This document shows positions 55,328 through 64,000 of a stretch of 64,000 nt of DNA, in pieces; the first letter of the stretch is position 1; the number at the start of each line of letters is the position of its first letter. The stretch spans positions 98,881 through 162,880 of the IMG/VR virus record IMGVR_UViG_3300035698_022838. The stretch is one strand, 5' to 3'. Below the pieces are notes generated by a model. It made no database searches, was not told the origin of the DNA, and saw only the letters and a list, made by a program, of their open reading frames with translations. The translations under genes were made by a program, and so were the position numbers. This DNA is from a virus.

Positions 55328-57874
55328 TTATCTGTTTCTAGCAAATTTCGGTAAAATAAGTTTAGGTTTAGCATTATCTACAAAATATGCTAAATGTTCA
55401 TCCCTAACTATATTTTGGTTTAAAACAATAGATTGCTTATCTATATCTATCATATTTTTAAATAATCTTATGTTACCCAATAATATAGGGGAAGTATGTA
55501 TTTTATATGAATTATTATCTGTACCATATAATGGATTATCAGTATCAGTAACAATATCTGTTGGTGCACTAAAAATATACGGTACAGTCAATGCTCTATA
55601 GTCCTCGTGTACTTTTATGAGATTACTACTTTGTTGTGATGGGTTAATAGGATCATATGACATTTTCCATATATTAATACCCATTTGTTTATATTTATTT
55701 GATATATTAACTACTATTCCATACCATTCACCTTGTTCAGGTACAAATTGTAATCTTGAATCATAAGTTAAATCGTTCAATATCAATTCTATACTACCAT
55801 TCTGTATAAAGTTATTATTAGCTGGTTCATTACTACCAGAGTGAACTAAATCTATTCTAAGTCCTTTTGTATCTAAATTGGCATCTAAATATGTACCATC
55901 AATGAGATTCCTAGCCTGTGCCTTTTGCATTTTTAAAGGTATTCTATTATTATTAGCATATGGTAAATTAGTATTTACAACTGAAAATTGGAATTCATCA
56001 ATGACTCTTCTTACTTTAAAACCTCCATTGTGGTTAGTATCACTTTGTATTGCTACATATCCCTCCGGATTATCTGAATAGTTTCTGAACATATCTAATC
56101 CATGCTTATATGGAGAGGTACTGTATATTATCTCATTAATATCTTCTGAAATTTTAGTTATAGATAAGGGTGAAAATGGTTTCTTAGATAGATTATTCTC
56201 GTTGATATAATTCTTCATATTAAACCAACACGTATATGAAAGTTCACCTTCTTCAGTTAGGTTAGGAGAGCTTTTATATCTAACCGCTGTTCTATATTTA
56301 TTTGGTTCGAATATGAATTCCGAATCAGTAAGAAATGAATCTGACATATCATAATAATTATTAAATATAATAGTCCAGTTATTATTCAAATCATACCCAA
56401 CAATTGGTAATTTTTCATATATGTAACTTCTAACCGGATCTTCTTCTCGCCTTTGACTAGATGTAGCATATTGTTGTGGCTTTGTAATTTTTTTCTGCTC
56501 ATCCTCTTCTTCAGCACTAAATAAATCAATAGTACTGATAGCAATACCCTCTAGTTCTTCCTTGTATGCAGGATCTCTGAAATAAGTATTTGATTTTGGG
56601 TTGTATTTTTTCAATTCTATTTTATAATAAACTGGGGAATACATGAAATCTCTGAAAAGATATGTTGAATTAATTTCATAGATACGATTTGTTAATTCAA
56701 AATATATAATATCTCTTTTTCTAGGTTGTGAACCTTTTCCGAATATACTCTCGAAATATGTTTTATCTATGTGTATTTCGAATGGTTCTTCAAACTGAAT
56801 ACCAAATGGGTCTATATTAACCTTACTATCCGGAAATTGATTCTGTGGAATTACTACCTTTACACATTTTTCATCAACTACATCAAATAGTGTATATTCT
56901 TTTAAAACAACATCTTCGCCACGAGCTTGTGGTTGCACTGAATAATAGTTAACATCAAAACCAAAAACTTTATTAACAATAAGACTTAAATCTTTATATA
57001 GATTTATTCCCTTATTAATTGCGTATGGATTAAATGTAAAATTATTGTTATCAAATACAACTGGTTTGTTTGATTTTTCATTAGAACAATCAGCTGCTGG
57101 TTTTTTTATAACTGTATCTTGTGGTCCATAAGGATCTGGATCATACGTAAGATCCAAATCAAAACTAATTAAGGATAACGTAGGATCTATTGGTTGGTCA
57201 CTTTCCCATGCAATACTACCATCATTATTACGTAGGACAGAGGTAAATCTAAATTCAGGATAAAATGGTTGGGATGGATCTAATGTAACTTTAAAAATTT
57301 CAGAATCTAAATTTGATGTGTATCCTTGTGAAAATCCAGTTAAAGCAGTTCCAACATTTGCCCATAACGACCATGTTTCACCATCTATAGAATATCTAAA
57401 ATCTATAGCAATATCATTATCAATTTCAGCATTAGCAACTGTGTTTAGTAGAACTGGTTCACCCTCTATTGAAGTACCAACATCTATAATCCAACCATTA
57501 ATAGAGGAAACATAATGAAATGGTACGTCCCATGTTAAAACTCTATAGTTACCTATATAGGTAAAGTTAATAGCACTATCTAAATAATCTAATTTATTCG
57601 CAAGTTGTTGTGCATCGTCACATGGTACATAATGATAAACCCCACTAGAATCAATAGCTGTGTGGTAACCATTACATCCTATTTGTACCGCTCTCGCGAG
57701 TGCGGCCCCGGTCGTACCATAATAATTATCGGTACTAGAGTCTGCAATTTTCTCAGTATTTTCTAGCTCATCCTGATATCTATATCTAGGATCAGATATA
57801 TTCAGTTGCTCACCTGCACTATTGTAAACAGGAATACCTTTTTTTGGAAATCTATTTTCTGGGTTAAAAGTCAT
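55328..57874 (-). CDS. Neck protein (gp14-like core) with extra domains
   Basis: FGFDVNYY, FGIQF, PRKRDIIYF..NRIYEI; late motif at 57917-57924. Confidence 0.6.
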   Translation of the reverse strand: MTFNPENRFPKKGIPVYNSAGEQLNISDPRYRYQDELENTEKIADSSTDNYYGTTGAALARAVQIGCNGYHTAIDSSGVYHYVPCDDAQQLANKLDYLDSAINFTYIGNYRVLTWDVPFHYVSSINGWIIDVGTSIEGEPVLLNTVANAEIDNDIAIDFRYSIDGETWSLWANVGTALTGFSQGYTSNLDSEIFKVTLDPSQPFYPEFRFTSVLRNNDGSIAWESDQPIDPTLSLISFDLDLTYDPDPYGPQDTVIKKPAADCSNEKSNKPVVFDNNNFTFNPYAINKGINLYKDLSLIVNKVFGFDVNYYSVQPQARGEDVVLKEYTLFDVVDEKCVKVVIPQNQFPDSKVNIDPFGIQFEEPFEIHIDKTYFESIFGKGSQPRKRDIIYFELTNRIYEINSTYLFRDFMYSPVYYKIELKKYNPKSNTYFRDPAYKEELEGIAISTIDLFSAEEEDEQKKITKPQQYATSSQRREEDPVRSYIYEKLPIVGYDLNNNWTIIFNNYYDMSDSFLTDSEFIFEPNKYRTAVRYKSSPNLTEEGELSYTCWFNMKNYINENNLSKKPFSPLSITKISEDINEIIYSTSPYKHGLDMFRNYSDNPEGYVAIQSDTNHNGGFKVRRVIDEFQFSVVNTNLPYANNNRIPLKMQKAQARNLIDGTYLDANLDTKGLRIDLVHSGSNEPANNNFIQNGSIELILNDLTYDSRLQFVPEQGEWYGIVVNISNKYKQMGINIWKMSYDPINPSQQSSNLIKVHEDYRALTVPYIFSAPTDIVTDTDNPLYGTDNNSYKIHTSPILLGNIRLFKNMIDIDKQSIVLNQNIVRDEHLAYFVDNAKPKLILPKFARNR

Positions 57875-57924
57875 TTTAATAGAATATATTATAGAACTAA
57901 ACTTGTTCTTTATAAGTATATATC

Positions 57925-59118
57925 CTATTCAGTGCTTATGTCTTCTTTTATAATCAATTCATCAATCTTTTCTTTTACCATTTTTGGGGTAATTAATTTG
58001 GTGCATTGAAAAATATCATCAGTTCCTTCTAGCCTAGGACACCAATTCCAATTGTTTCTATCAAACTTATGTGATATATCATTAAAACATCCATGACAAA
58101 CATCATTATTTATAACTCTATAGTTTTTATCATTAAATTCACAGAGAGGTAGTGAAAAACCAGATATCATCACGACTGGCCTATGTAAAAACCAAGCTAG
58201 CCATGGAAGCCCTGAACCTATACCTATGCTAAAATCTGCGTGGTGTATATCAATGGCCCTTTCCATAATGTTACGATCACCAGTTTTATCTATCACACCA
58301 TTAAGAGTGGTTGATTGCTTCTGTATAACAACAACCTCGTAACCAATAGTTTTTAGATAATCAACTATTTTCTGCCAACCATCTGGGTAATGCCAATGTT
58401 TAGCATTGGCAGTAGATTCCATTGATATACAAACATATTTACCATCAATAGTTCTTTTAGAATCTTTGATTATATCAGGGATATATTGTGTTTTAATATC
58501 ATTATCTAATTCAATGCCTAATATATCTCCAGCTACCTGTTGTAATGATATTATTCTTGGATCTCTTTTATGCATACTTCTATCTTCTTCAGTATACCAG
58601 CCAAGGCCAAAAATAGTATTAGTTCCTGGTTCTCTAGTACCAGGAGGTTTAAACCTTATATCAGGATAAAAATGTAATAGTAAATCATTCCAAAAACTCG
58701 TTACATATAAATCGCATTTATATTTCTGTCTAAATATTTCAGCTACTGTGATCCAAGCTAATGTATCACCTAAAGAGCGACTATCTATAGAAATACATAT
58801 CTTGTTATTATATAAAGATTCTTCAAAATCCAACTCATAAACAATATTATCATCAGTGTCATAACATCGGATTAGCCAAGGCGTAAACCATCTACGATAC
58901 ATCATAGAAAATAAACCCGTTGAAATCTTACTTTCAAAATATGTTATATTATCTCTTTTATCTATAAACTTAGCTGTATATTCAGATCTATTTAAAGATT
59001 GTTTAGCTGCTATTTTTGGATTATAATCAAAGGTAAATTCGAATATAGGAGGGTGATCAAACATCATTTTCTTTGCTCTGATATTATTCTTATAAGCATC
59101 TATATTCCTTATTTGCAT
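57925..59118 (-). CDS. Autotransporter O-heptosyltransferase (TibC/Aah)-like glycosyltransferase
   Basis: SRSLGDTLAW, STANAKHW, GIGSGLPWLAW, ISGFS.P..EF, and the Cys cluster CHGC...WCP...C. Confidence 0.85.
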   Translation of the reverse strand: MQIRNIDAYKNNIRAKKMMFDHPPIFEFTFDYNPKIAAKQSLNRSEYTAKFIDKRDNITYFESKISTGLFSMMYRRWFTPWLIRCYDTDDNIVYELDFEESLYNNKICISIDSRSLGDTLAWITVAEIFRQKYKCDLYVTSFWNDLLLHFYPDIRFKPPGTREPGTNTIFGLGWYTEEDRSMHKRDPRIISLQQVAGDILGIELDNDIKTQYIPDIIKDSKRTIDGKYVCISMESTANAKHWHYPDGWQKIVDYLKTIGYEVVVIQKQSTTLNGVIDKTGDRNIMERAIDIHHADFSIGIGSGLPWLAWFLHRPVVMISGFSLPLCEFNDKNYRVINNDVCHGCFNDISHKFDRNNWNWCPRLEGTDDIFQCTKLITPKMVKEKIDELIIKEDISTE

Positions 59119-60149
59119 AAATTTAAAAATTTTAATATAGCCTTTAGATTTACCTCTTCTGTATTCGACATATAATGAACTAATGGATTATTGTCATACG
59201 TATCTAAATACGGCTCAAGTTTTCTTATCATTATAGGTAATCCCCAGGATAGTGATTCTTTTATTGTAATTGGGTTTAGTTCCCATATACTATTGAAAAC
59301 AAATAAATCCACTGCGCTATAGAACTTATCAGTATCATCAGATTCACCCCATAATATACAATTCTTTGGAAGGTCCTGTATTAATGGCTCCCAATATTCA
59401 GCAAAATTAGCAGCAGTATTACCTATGAAATGAAATTCAATCGGATAATCAATTAGTGCTTTTGCATATCTTATTAATTCACCTTGATTTTTACCTGGTG
59501 TAAATAACCCAACATTAATAATATGTTTTTTATTTGGATCAAGGCCTAAAGAAGTTAATGCATTGGTTCTATCAGGTCTTTTAAAAGCATTTATTGGGTA
59601 TTCTAGTATATCCATAGGTACACCAAGATGTTCGAATTTATTAACCATCCATTGGTTAACCATTATAAATTTGTCTGGTCTATATAATTTATCATTAGGG
59701 GATGCATTTGAACTGTGGCATGTCTCGTATATAAAATATGGTCTATCTAAAGAATATATTTTTTCTATGATTTTATCATCAATAAAGAATTCAACAAAAT
59801 CATCAAAATGTATTATATCTGGACAAATTTCTTCGATTAGGTCTAATATTTGATTCTTATCCTTACCCATACATGTAAATTTATCTCCTAATAAGTCTCT
59901 TATTCTATTTCTCTGAACTGCATATATTTCAGCAGTATTTGAATATTGTATACAATAAACCTCAGCATTCTCACTTAATATTTCTATTTTCTTATATAAA
60001 TATTGAGGCATTCCTCCGGTTGATAAGTGAGGAGCTACAAAAAGAATTCTGGGTTTATTACCAGAAATAGCTGATATGGATTTCTCGAGTTTACTTAGAG
60101 TCCGTGAAATATCATATTTGGTTTTTCTTAGTATATTGGATTGATCCAT
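59109..60149 (-). CDS. GT-B (GT4-like) glycosyltransferase
   Basis: HLSTGGMPQY, VGLFTPGKNQ, DLFVFNSIWELNPITIKESLSWGLP. Confidence 0.85.
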   Translation of the reverse strand: MDQSNILRKTKYDISRTLSKLEKSISAISGNKPRILFVAPHLSTGGMPQYLYKKIEILSENAEVYCIQYSNTAEIYAVQRNRIRDLLGDKFTCMGKDKNQILDLIEEICPDIIHFDDFVEFFIDDKIIEKIYSLDRPYFIYETCHSSNASPNDKLYRPDKFIMVNQWMVNKFEHLGVPMDILEYPINAFKRPDRTNALTSLGLDPNKKHIINVGLFTPGKNQGELIRYAKALIDYPIEFHFIGNTAANFAEYWEPLIQDLPKNCILWGESDDTDKFYSAVDLFVFNSIWELNPITIKESLSWGLPIMIRKLEPYLDTYDNNPLVHYMSNTEEVNLKAILKFLNLCK

Positions 60150-60416
60150 TTATACTTTATGATAAATATTAGTTTCAAAATCTAATCTACCTTCCCCATA
60201 TTTAGCAACAATTTCATTTATTTTTGCTTTTTCCTTTTCTTCAAGTACACTAGATTGAATCAATACAAGATCGAGTTCATCATTAAGATCTTTAGTTATT
60301 ATATGTTTTTTAATATTTAATCTACCAACAGTTTCTATGTTTATTAAGATCTCCTCTCTTAATGTGCTAATTGAATTTATTTCCTCTTGGGTAAGTTTTA
60401 CTTCTTTTTCTTCCAT
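60150..60416 (-). CDS. Small coiled-coil phage protein
   Basis: KYGEG..DFET; first gene of the GT operon. Confidence 0.65.
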   Translation of the reverse strand: MEEKEVKLTQEEINSISTLREEILINIETVGRLNIKKHIITKDLNDELDLVLIQSSVLEEKEKAKINEIVAKYGEGRLDFETNIYHKV

Positions 60417-60479
60417 AATTAATTTTTCTTATTATATGGTAATTCATTAATAAGATTTCATTATAGATTAAAAAATAAT

Positions 60480-61028
60480 TTAAGTTAAATAATCATCAAA
60501 TATATCATAAGCCTCTACAGCTTCTATTTGAGCTCTAACTATATCTACTAAAGTATTAACCTGAGCATATGTAGTTTTGGTTTGAATAGTTTCAAAGAAT
60601 TGTTTTCTTTTATCCCTTGCAGTATTTCTAATCTTATTAAGTCTGGTAATATTAACTCCGCAATTACTATCTGCAATATATGAATCATAAGCTTCTCTGG
60701 TAAGATTTATAATATCATTAATCATTCCTACTATTTCTCTTGCGCGACTTTTCTTATATTCTGTTAAAGTTATACCATCATATATTGATTTCTGAGTTCT
60801 TGTAAAAGTATCAGCTTGGTTATCATAAGTAACAGGTCCATAGATATAATCAGGGAGTAAAACCTCTATTACAACTAAACGAAATCCTTCATCACTTATA
60901 ATAGATGGATGTGCTGATCTAAAATTATATATAACCGCACCATCATTTTTTTTCCATTTTAAAGGTAATCTATGATATACTTTAAGTCCTTGTGTCCAAT
61001 CTGCTAAATTTTTTAATCTTGCGTACAT
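60480..61028 (-). CDS. Putative tail fibre assembly protein
   Basis: Follows the fibre genes; helical C-terminus. Confidence 0.4.
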   Translation of the reverse strand: MYARLKNLADWTQGLKVYHRLPLKWKKNDGAVIYNFRSAHPSIISDEGFRLVVIEVLLPDYIYGPVTYDNQADTFTRTQKSIYDGITLTEYKKSRAREIVGMINDIINLTREAYDSYIADSNCGVNITRLNKIRNTARDKRKQFFETIQTKTTYAQVNTLVDIVRAQIEAVEAYDIFDDYLT

Positions 61029-61042
61029 AATATATTAATTTT

Positions 61043-62149
61043 TTAATACCAAGCCCTATTATACTGTTGTAACATTATAGTACCTGTATCTGGAGACCAT
61101 GAGGTGCTAGGGGTTCTGTCAGTTTCACTTACACCTAAATCATCACTATAATATAGTTTATCATCACCACTTTTAACATACATTATATGATTACCATCTC
61201 TTGACATAAATACAGCATGTCTATATAATCCATTAATAGCATTACCATCACATACAGAGTTACTAGTATCCATATTTACCAGCCATTCTACAGTATTATC
61301 ATCGTCAGTCACTAAAAATGTTTCTGTACTACCTTGCTGTGTCATTGTCGTTGCATTATTAGCTTCCCAATATTTATTATCAGTAGATGCATATCCATAT
61401 ACGTTATTTTTTAAAGCATATGTCTGACCCACACCAGATTGGACTTTACTATACATTGTACCAAATCCCATTACATTAGACCACCTTACTTGAGTTTCCC
61501 AATCAGTTTCACCAGCCATCCAACCAGATTCATCAGGCGATATACCTATACCACGATAAGCACCCCAACTACCGTTAGAATAACCCATACTCCAACTACT
61601 TTCATCTAAATAATTACTGTTTTGAGCAATACCCTTACCCCGACTACCAGTATATGTATACTCACCTGAACGTGACATACCCGACCTTGCACTACCACCA
61701 TATTTAGTACTATACATCACAGAATCTGGCATATTATACCAACCATCTGTCGGATTATAAAATCTCTGACGTGCCGCTAGCGCTGACTGTGAACTATCAC
61801 TACCAAGTGCTATATAGTCTCCATCATCAGATAGCGCAGCATTTGCACAACTAGTTGGTGCTGTGGTATTACTCCAACTAATACCACCATTCGTTGTCCA
61901 ATAAAATGTCATATTACTTGCACTAGTTCCACCTGTATACCAACCAATACCTGAATTACCACCAACAAACCCAGCTCTATGTAAATGTGTATAAGTTGCG
62001 TAATTATCATCAGTTTCAAAATAATCATCTGACCAATGAACGGTAGTTGCGTTTGTTTCAATAACTACAAATTCTTTATAGTCCACGGGAGGAGCTACTC
62101 CTCCAGTACCACTCAAAAATAATTTTTCTACTCCTATACTTGGTATCAT
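61043..62149 (-). CDS. Putative receptor-binding/beta-propeller protein with BNR-like repeats
   Basis: WSDDY, WTTNGGISWS, YSDDLG; rich in S/T/G/W. Confidence 0.55.
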   Translation of the reverse strand: MIPSIGVEKLFLSGTGGVAPPVDYKEFVVIETNATTVHWSDDYFETDDNYATYTHLHRAGFVGGNSGIGWYTGGTSASNMTFYWTTNGGISWSNTTAPTSCANAALSDDGDYIALGSDSSQSALAARQRFYNPTDGWYNMPDSVMYSTKYGGSARSGMSRSGEYTYTGSRGKGIAQNSNYLDESSWSMGYSNGSWGAYRGIGISPDESGWMAGETDWETQVRWSNVMGFGTMYSKVQSGVGQTYALKNNVYGYASTDNKYWEANNATTMTQQGSTETFLVTDDDNTVEWLVNMDTSNSVCDGNAINGLYRHAVFMSRDGNHIMYVKSGDDKLYYSDDLGVSETDRTPSTSWSPDTGTIMLQQYNRAWY

Positions 62150-62152
62150 ATT

Positions 62153-62695
62153 TTATCCTTCTTGGTTTATAGTACCCCACACAATTTCAGAACCACTGGT
62201 TGCACCAGCACAATATAATACAATTAAATTAGGGGAAGCCGTAGCGTAGGTTCCAGAAATTATATCAACATAAGCAGGTAATGTTAGAGATTCATCTCCT
62301 GAAATAGTAAGTGTAATTGTTTTATTAACCCTTAAATTACTAAATGTTAATGTTGTACTACCAGTTAAATCTTTAGTAAACTGCATAGCAGTATCCCAAT
62401 CAACAGCACTAGCAGAAATAAGAGCTGATCCAACGAGATCAGTATCTAAATCATCAAACTCAACAAGTCCACTTGCTGTTAAAGAAACCCATGCTCCATC
62501 TTCATAACCTTGAAAATTATTTAATGTATTATCATATAATATCATACCACTTACTCCGGTAAGTAAATTTTTTTCACTAGTACTCATTCTAGGTATTAAT
62601 ATGGCTCCTCTAGTGGAATCAACTTGAAATTCAACATTATCTGCAATTCCAGTAATACAATTAATACCAACACTTCCCGATATTATATAAGGCAT
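62153..62695 (-). CDS. Putative fibre adaptor protein
   Basis: DSTRGAILIPRMST...GMILYDNT..FQGY, a motif type common in Bacteroidota and their phages. Confidence 0.55.
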   Translation of the reverse strand: MPYIISGSVGINCITGIADNVEFQVDSTRGAILIPRMSTSEKNLLTGVSGMILYDNTLNNFQGYEDGAWVSLTASGLVEFDDLDTDLVGSALISASAVDWDTAMQFTKDLTGSTTLTFSNLRVNKTITLTISGDESLTLPAYVDIISGTYATASPNLIVLYCAGATSGSEIVWGTINQEG

Positions 62696-62721
62696 TTTAT
62701 TTAATTATTTATACTATATAT

Positions 62722-64000
62722 TTAATATGTTTCTGTATATCTAACATACGCTACGACTTGGAGGTTATGAAATCCTAGATTTTCAGTAACAGCTATATTT
62801 AATTCATTAGCTACAATAGTAATTGATGTACTTAACTGATTATTATTATCCTCAGCTACTATCATTTCAGTAACACTACCAACAATTTCTGCACTTACTG
62901 TATCATATTTAGCCGCACCGTGATATGTTCTAAATGATAAATCTCCACCTGATGTTTTTACTATCATCTGTATTTCAAATCCGATAAACCACTTATTTGG
63001 AACTGTTATTCTATCACCTGCACTATTAATAAATATAGACGTAGTCGCATTTTTAAGAATTGTACCTGAGTATATTACCTGATTTGTTTGTGTATCACCA
63101 GCAGCTGCAAACTTTGTGTTTGAATGTGATATACTATTTTCATCTTTACCTTTTGCTTCAGAACCCATTAAAAGAGCAAGAGGAACTGATGTACTTTCCT
63201 TTACTGGATATACGGTATTCCCAATTGTTGTGGTAGTTACAAATTTGGTATATGTATTACCAGTTCCACTAATAGCAGCTGAATTACCACTTGTTCCTGA
63301 AGAACCACTAGAGCCTGCAATACCACTTGTTCCTGAAGAACCACTAGAGCCTGCAATACCACTTGTTCCTGAAGAACCTGAAGAGCCTGCAATACCACTT
63401 GTTCCTGAAGAACCTGAAGAGCCTGCAATACCACTTGTTCCTGAAGAGCCTGAAGAGCCTGAAATACCACTTGTTCCTGAAGAACCTTCGTATCCATGTG
63501 CTACCCAAGATATGGTGTATATTTCACCTTGACTTAAACTATTATTAGCAACAAGATATGTTTCAAATACCCATTCGTACCATGTACCATATTGCCAATA
63601 TTCAGTTAACTTCCATAAACCTAAAATATCACTACTACCTACTTGATATAGCTCAATATAAATTTCAGAACCAGCATCAAAAAACTCTTTTTCTGCGTTA
63701 AACCATTTACTATAATCAGCAGTATCCTCATTTTCACTATGTATACAGATATTTGTTATATCAGAAATAAGATCATAATTTGCGGTAAAATAAGTTGAAC
63801 CAGGGTCAGCAGTTGCTCCAGCACCATTATAAACCCATCTACCTGAGTTTGAACTATCCATACCTTCAACTCCAGGAGAGCCAGTATTACCACTAGACCC
63901 GCTAGAACCACTTGTTCCTGAAGAACCACTAGAACCTGCAATACCACTTGTTCCTGAAGAACCACTAGAACCTGCAATACCACTTGTTCCTGAAGAACCA
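62722..64000 (-). CDS. Ser-rich collagen-like (Gly-X-Y) fibre protein, 5' end beyond the window
   Basis: The frame stays open upstream of ATG 63861 to the window edge, encoding more GSSGTSGIA. Confidence 0.8.
   Translation of the reverse strand, partial: GSSGTSGIAGSSGSSGTSGIAGSSGSSGTSGSSGSSGNTGSPGVEGMDSSNSGRWVYNGAGATADPGSTYFTANYDLISDITNICIHSENEDTADYSKWFNAEKEFFDAGSEIYIELYQVGSSDILGLWKLTEYWQYGTWYEWVFETYLVANNSLSQGEIYTISWVAHGYEGSSGTSGISGSSGSSGTSGIAGSSGSSGTSGIAGSSGSSGTSGIAGSSGSSGTSGIAGSSGSSGTSGNSAAISGTGNTYTKFVTTTTIGNTVYPVKESTSVPLALLMGSEAKGKDENSISHSNTKFAAAGDTQTNQVIYSGTILKNATTSIFINSAGDRITVPNKWFIGFEIQMIVKTSGGDLSFRTYHGAAKYDTVSAEIVGSVTEMIVAEDNNNQLSTSITIVANELNIAVTENLGFHNLQVVAYVRYTETY
63286..63486. repeat. 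36-bp tandem repeats (GTSGIAGSSGSS), about 5.5 copies
   Basis: accacttgttcctgaagaaccactagagcctgcaat unit. Confidence 0.95.
63907..64000. repeat. Second block of the same 36-bp repeat, truncated by the window edge
   Basis: Same unit. Confidence 0.9.

Noticed and set aside
63237-63983. Alternative-frame ORFs with VVLQEQ repeats
   Set aside because: Frame-shifted readings of the same 36-bp repeat with no independent support
1-64000. Stop-codon reassignment (TAG to Gln) as in some jumbo phages
   Set aside because: Core genes are full length in code 11, and TAG ends several genes at sensible positions (24763, 42792, 46871, 54543)
63286-64000. 36-bp repeats as a CRISPR array
   Set aside because: Head-to-tail with no unique spacers, and in frame within a Gly-X-Y coding sequence
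1-64000. tRNA or rRNA genes
   Set aside because: Intergenic gaps are short and AT-rich and no cloverleaf was recognised by eye; tRNAscan-SE would be decisive

Overview
AT-rich (roughly 30% GC by eye), densely coding window, almost all on the minus strand, from a T4-related jumbo myovirus using the standard genetic code. The host is probably Bacteroidota: TAnnTTTG promoters, mostly no Shine-Dalgarno sites, and a Flavobacteria-type fibre motif. It holds the virion core (major capsid, protease-scaffold fusion, two tandem portals, gp2, gp4, sheath, two tail tubes, baseplate hub, terminase, neck, fibres) and replication/repair genes (ligase, clamp loader, RNase H, dNMP kinase, dCMP deaminase, nucleases). 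It also has two phage sigma factors, glycosyltransferases and a large block of probable capsid-internal proteins. Main observations: (1) three promoter classes that outline a host sigma -> phage ECF sigma -> gp55-like sigma cascade; (2) an unannotated -1 frameshift extension of the 933-aa core-like protein; (3) a shared N-terminal tag and [ILV]xE protease sites on about 12 unrelated proteins, including a muralytic polyprotein, a nucleotidyltransferase and a membrane-spanning protein; (4) a TibC/Aah-like O-glycosyltransferase operon next to Ser-rich Gly-X-Y fibres; (5) duplicated portals; (6) a nested scaffold gene with its own promoter; (7) a 33-bp duplication flanking an LRR-like gene. All family calls come from motif recognition by eye; no searches were run.
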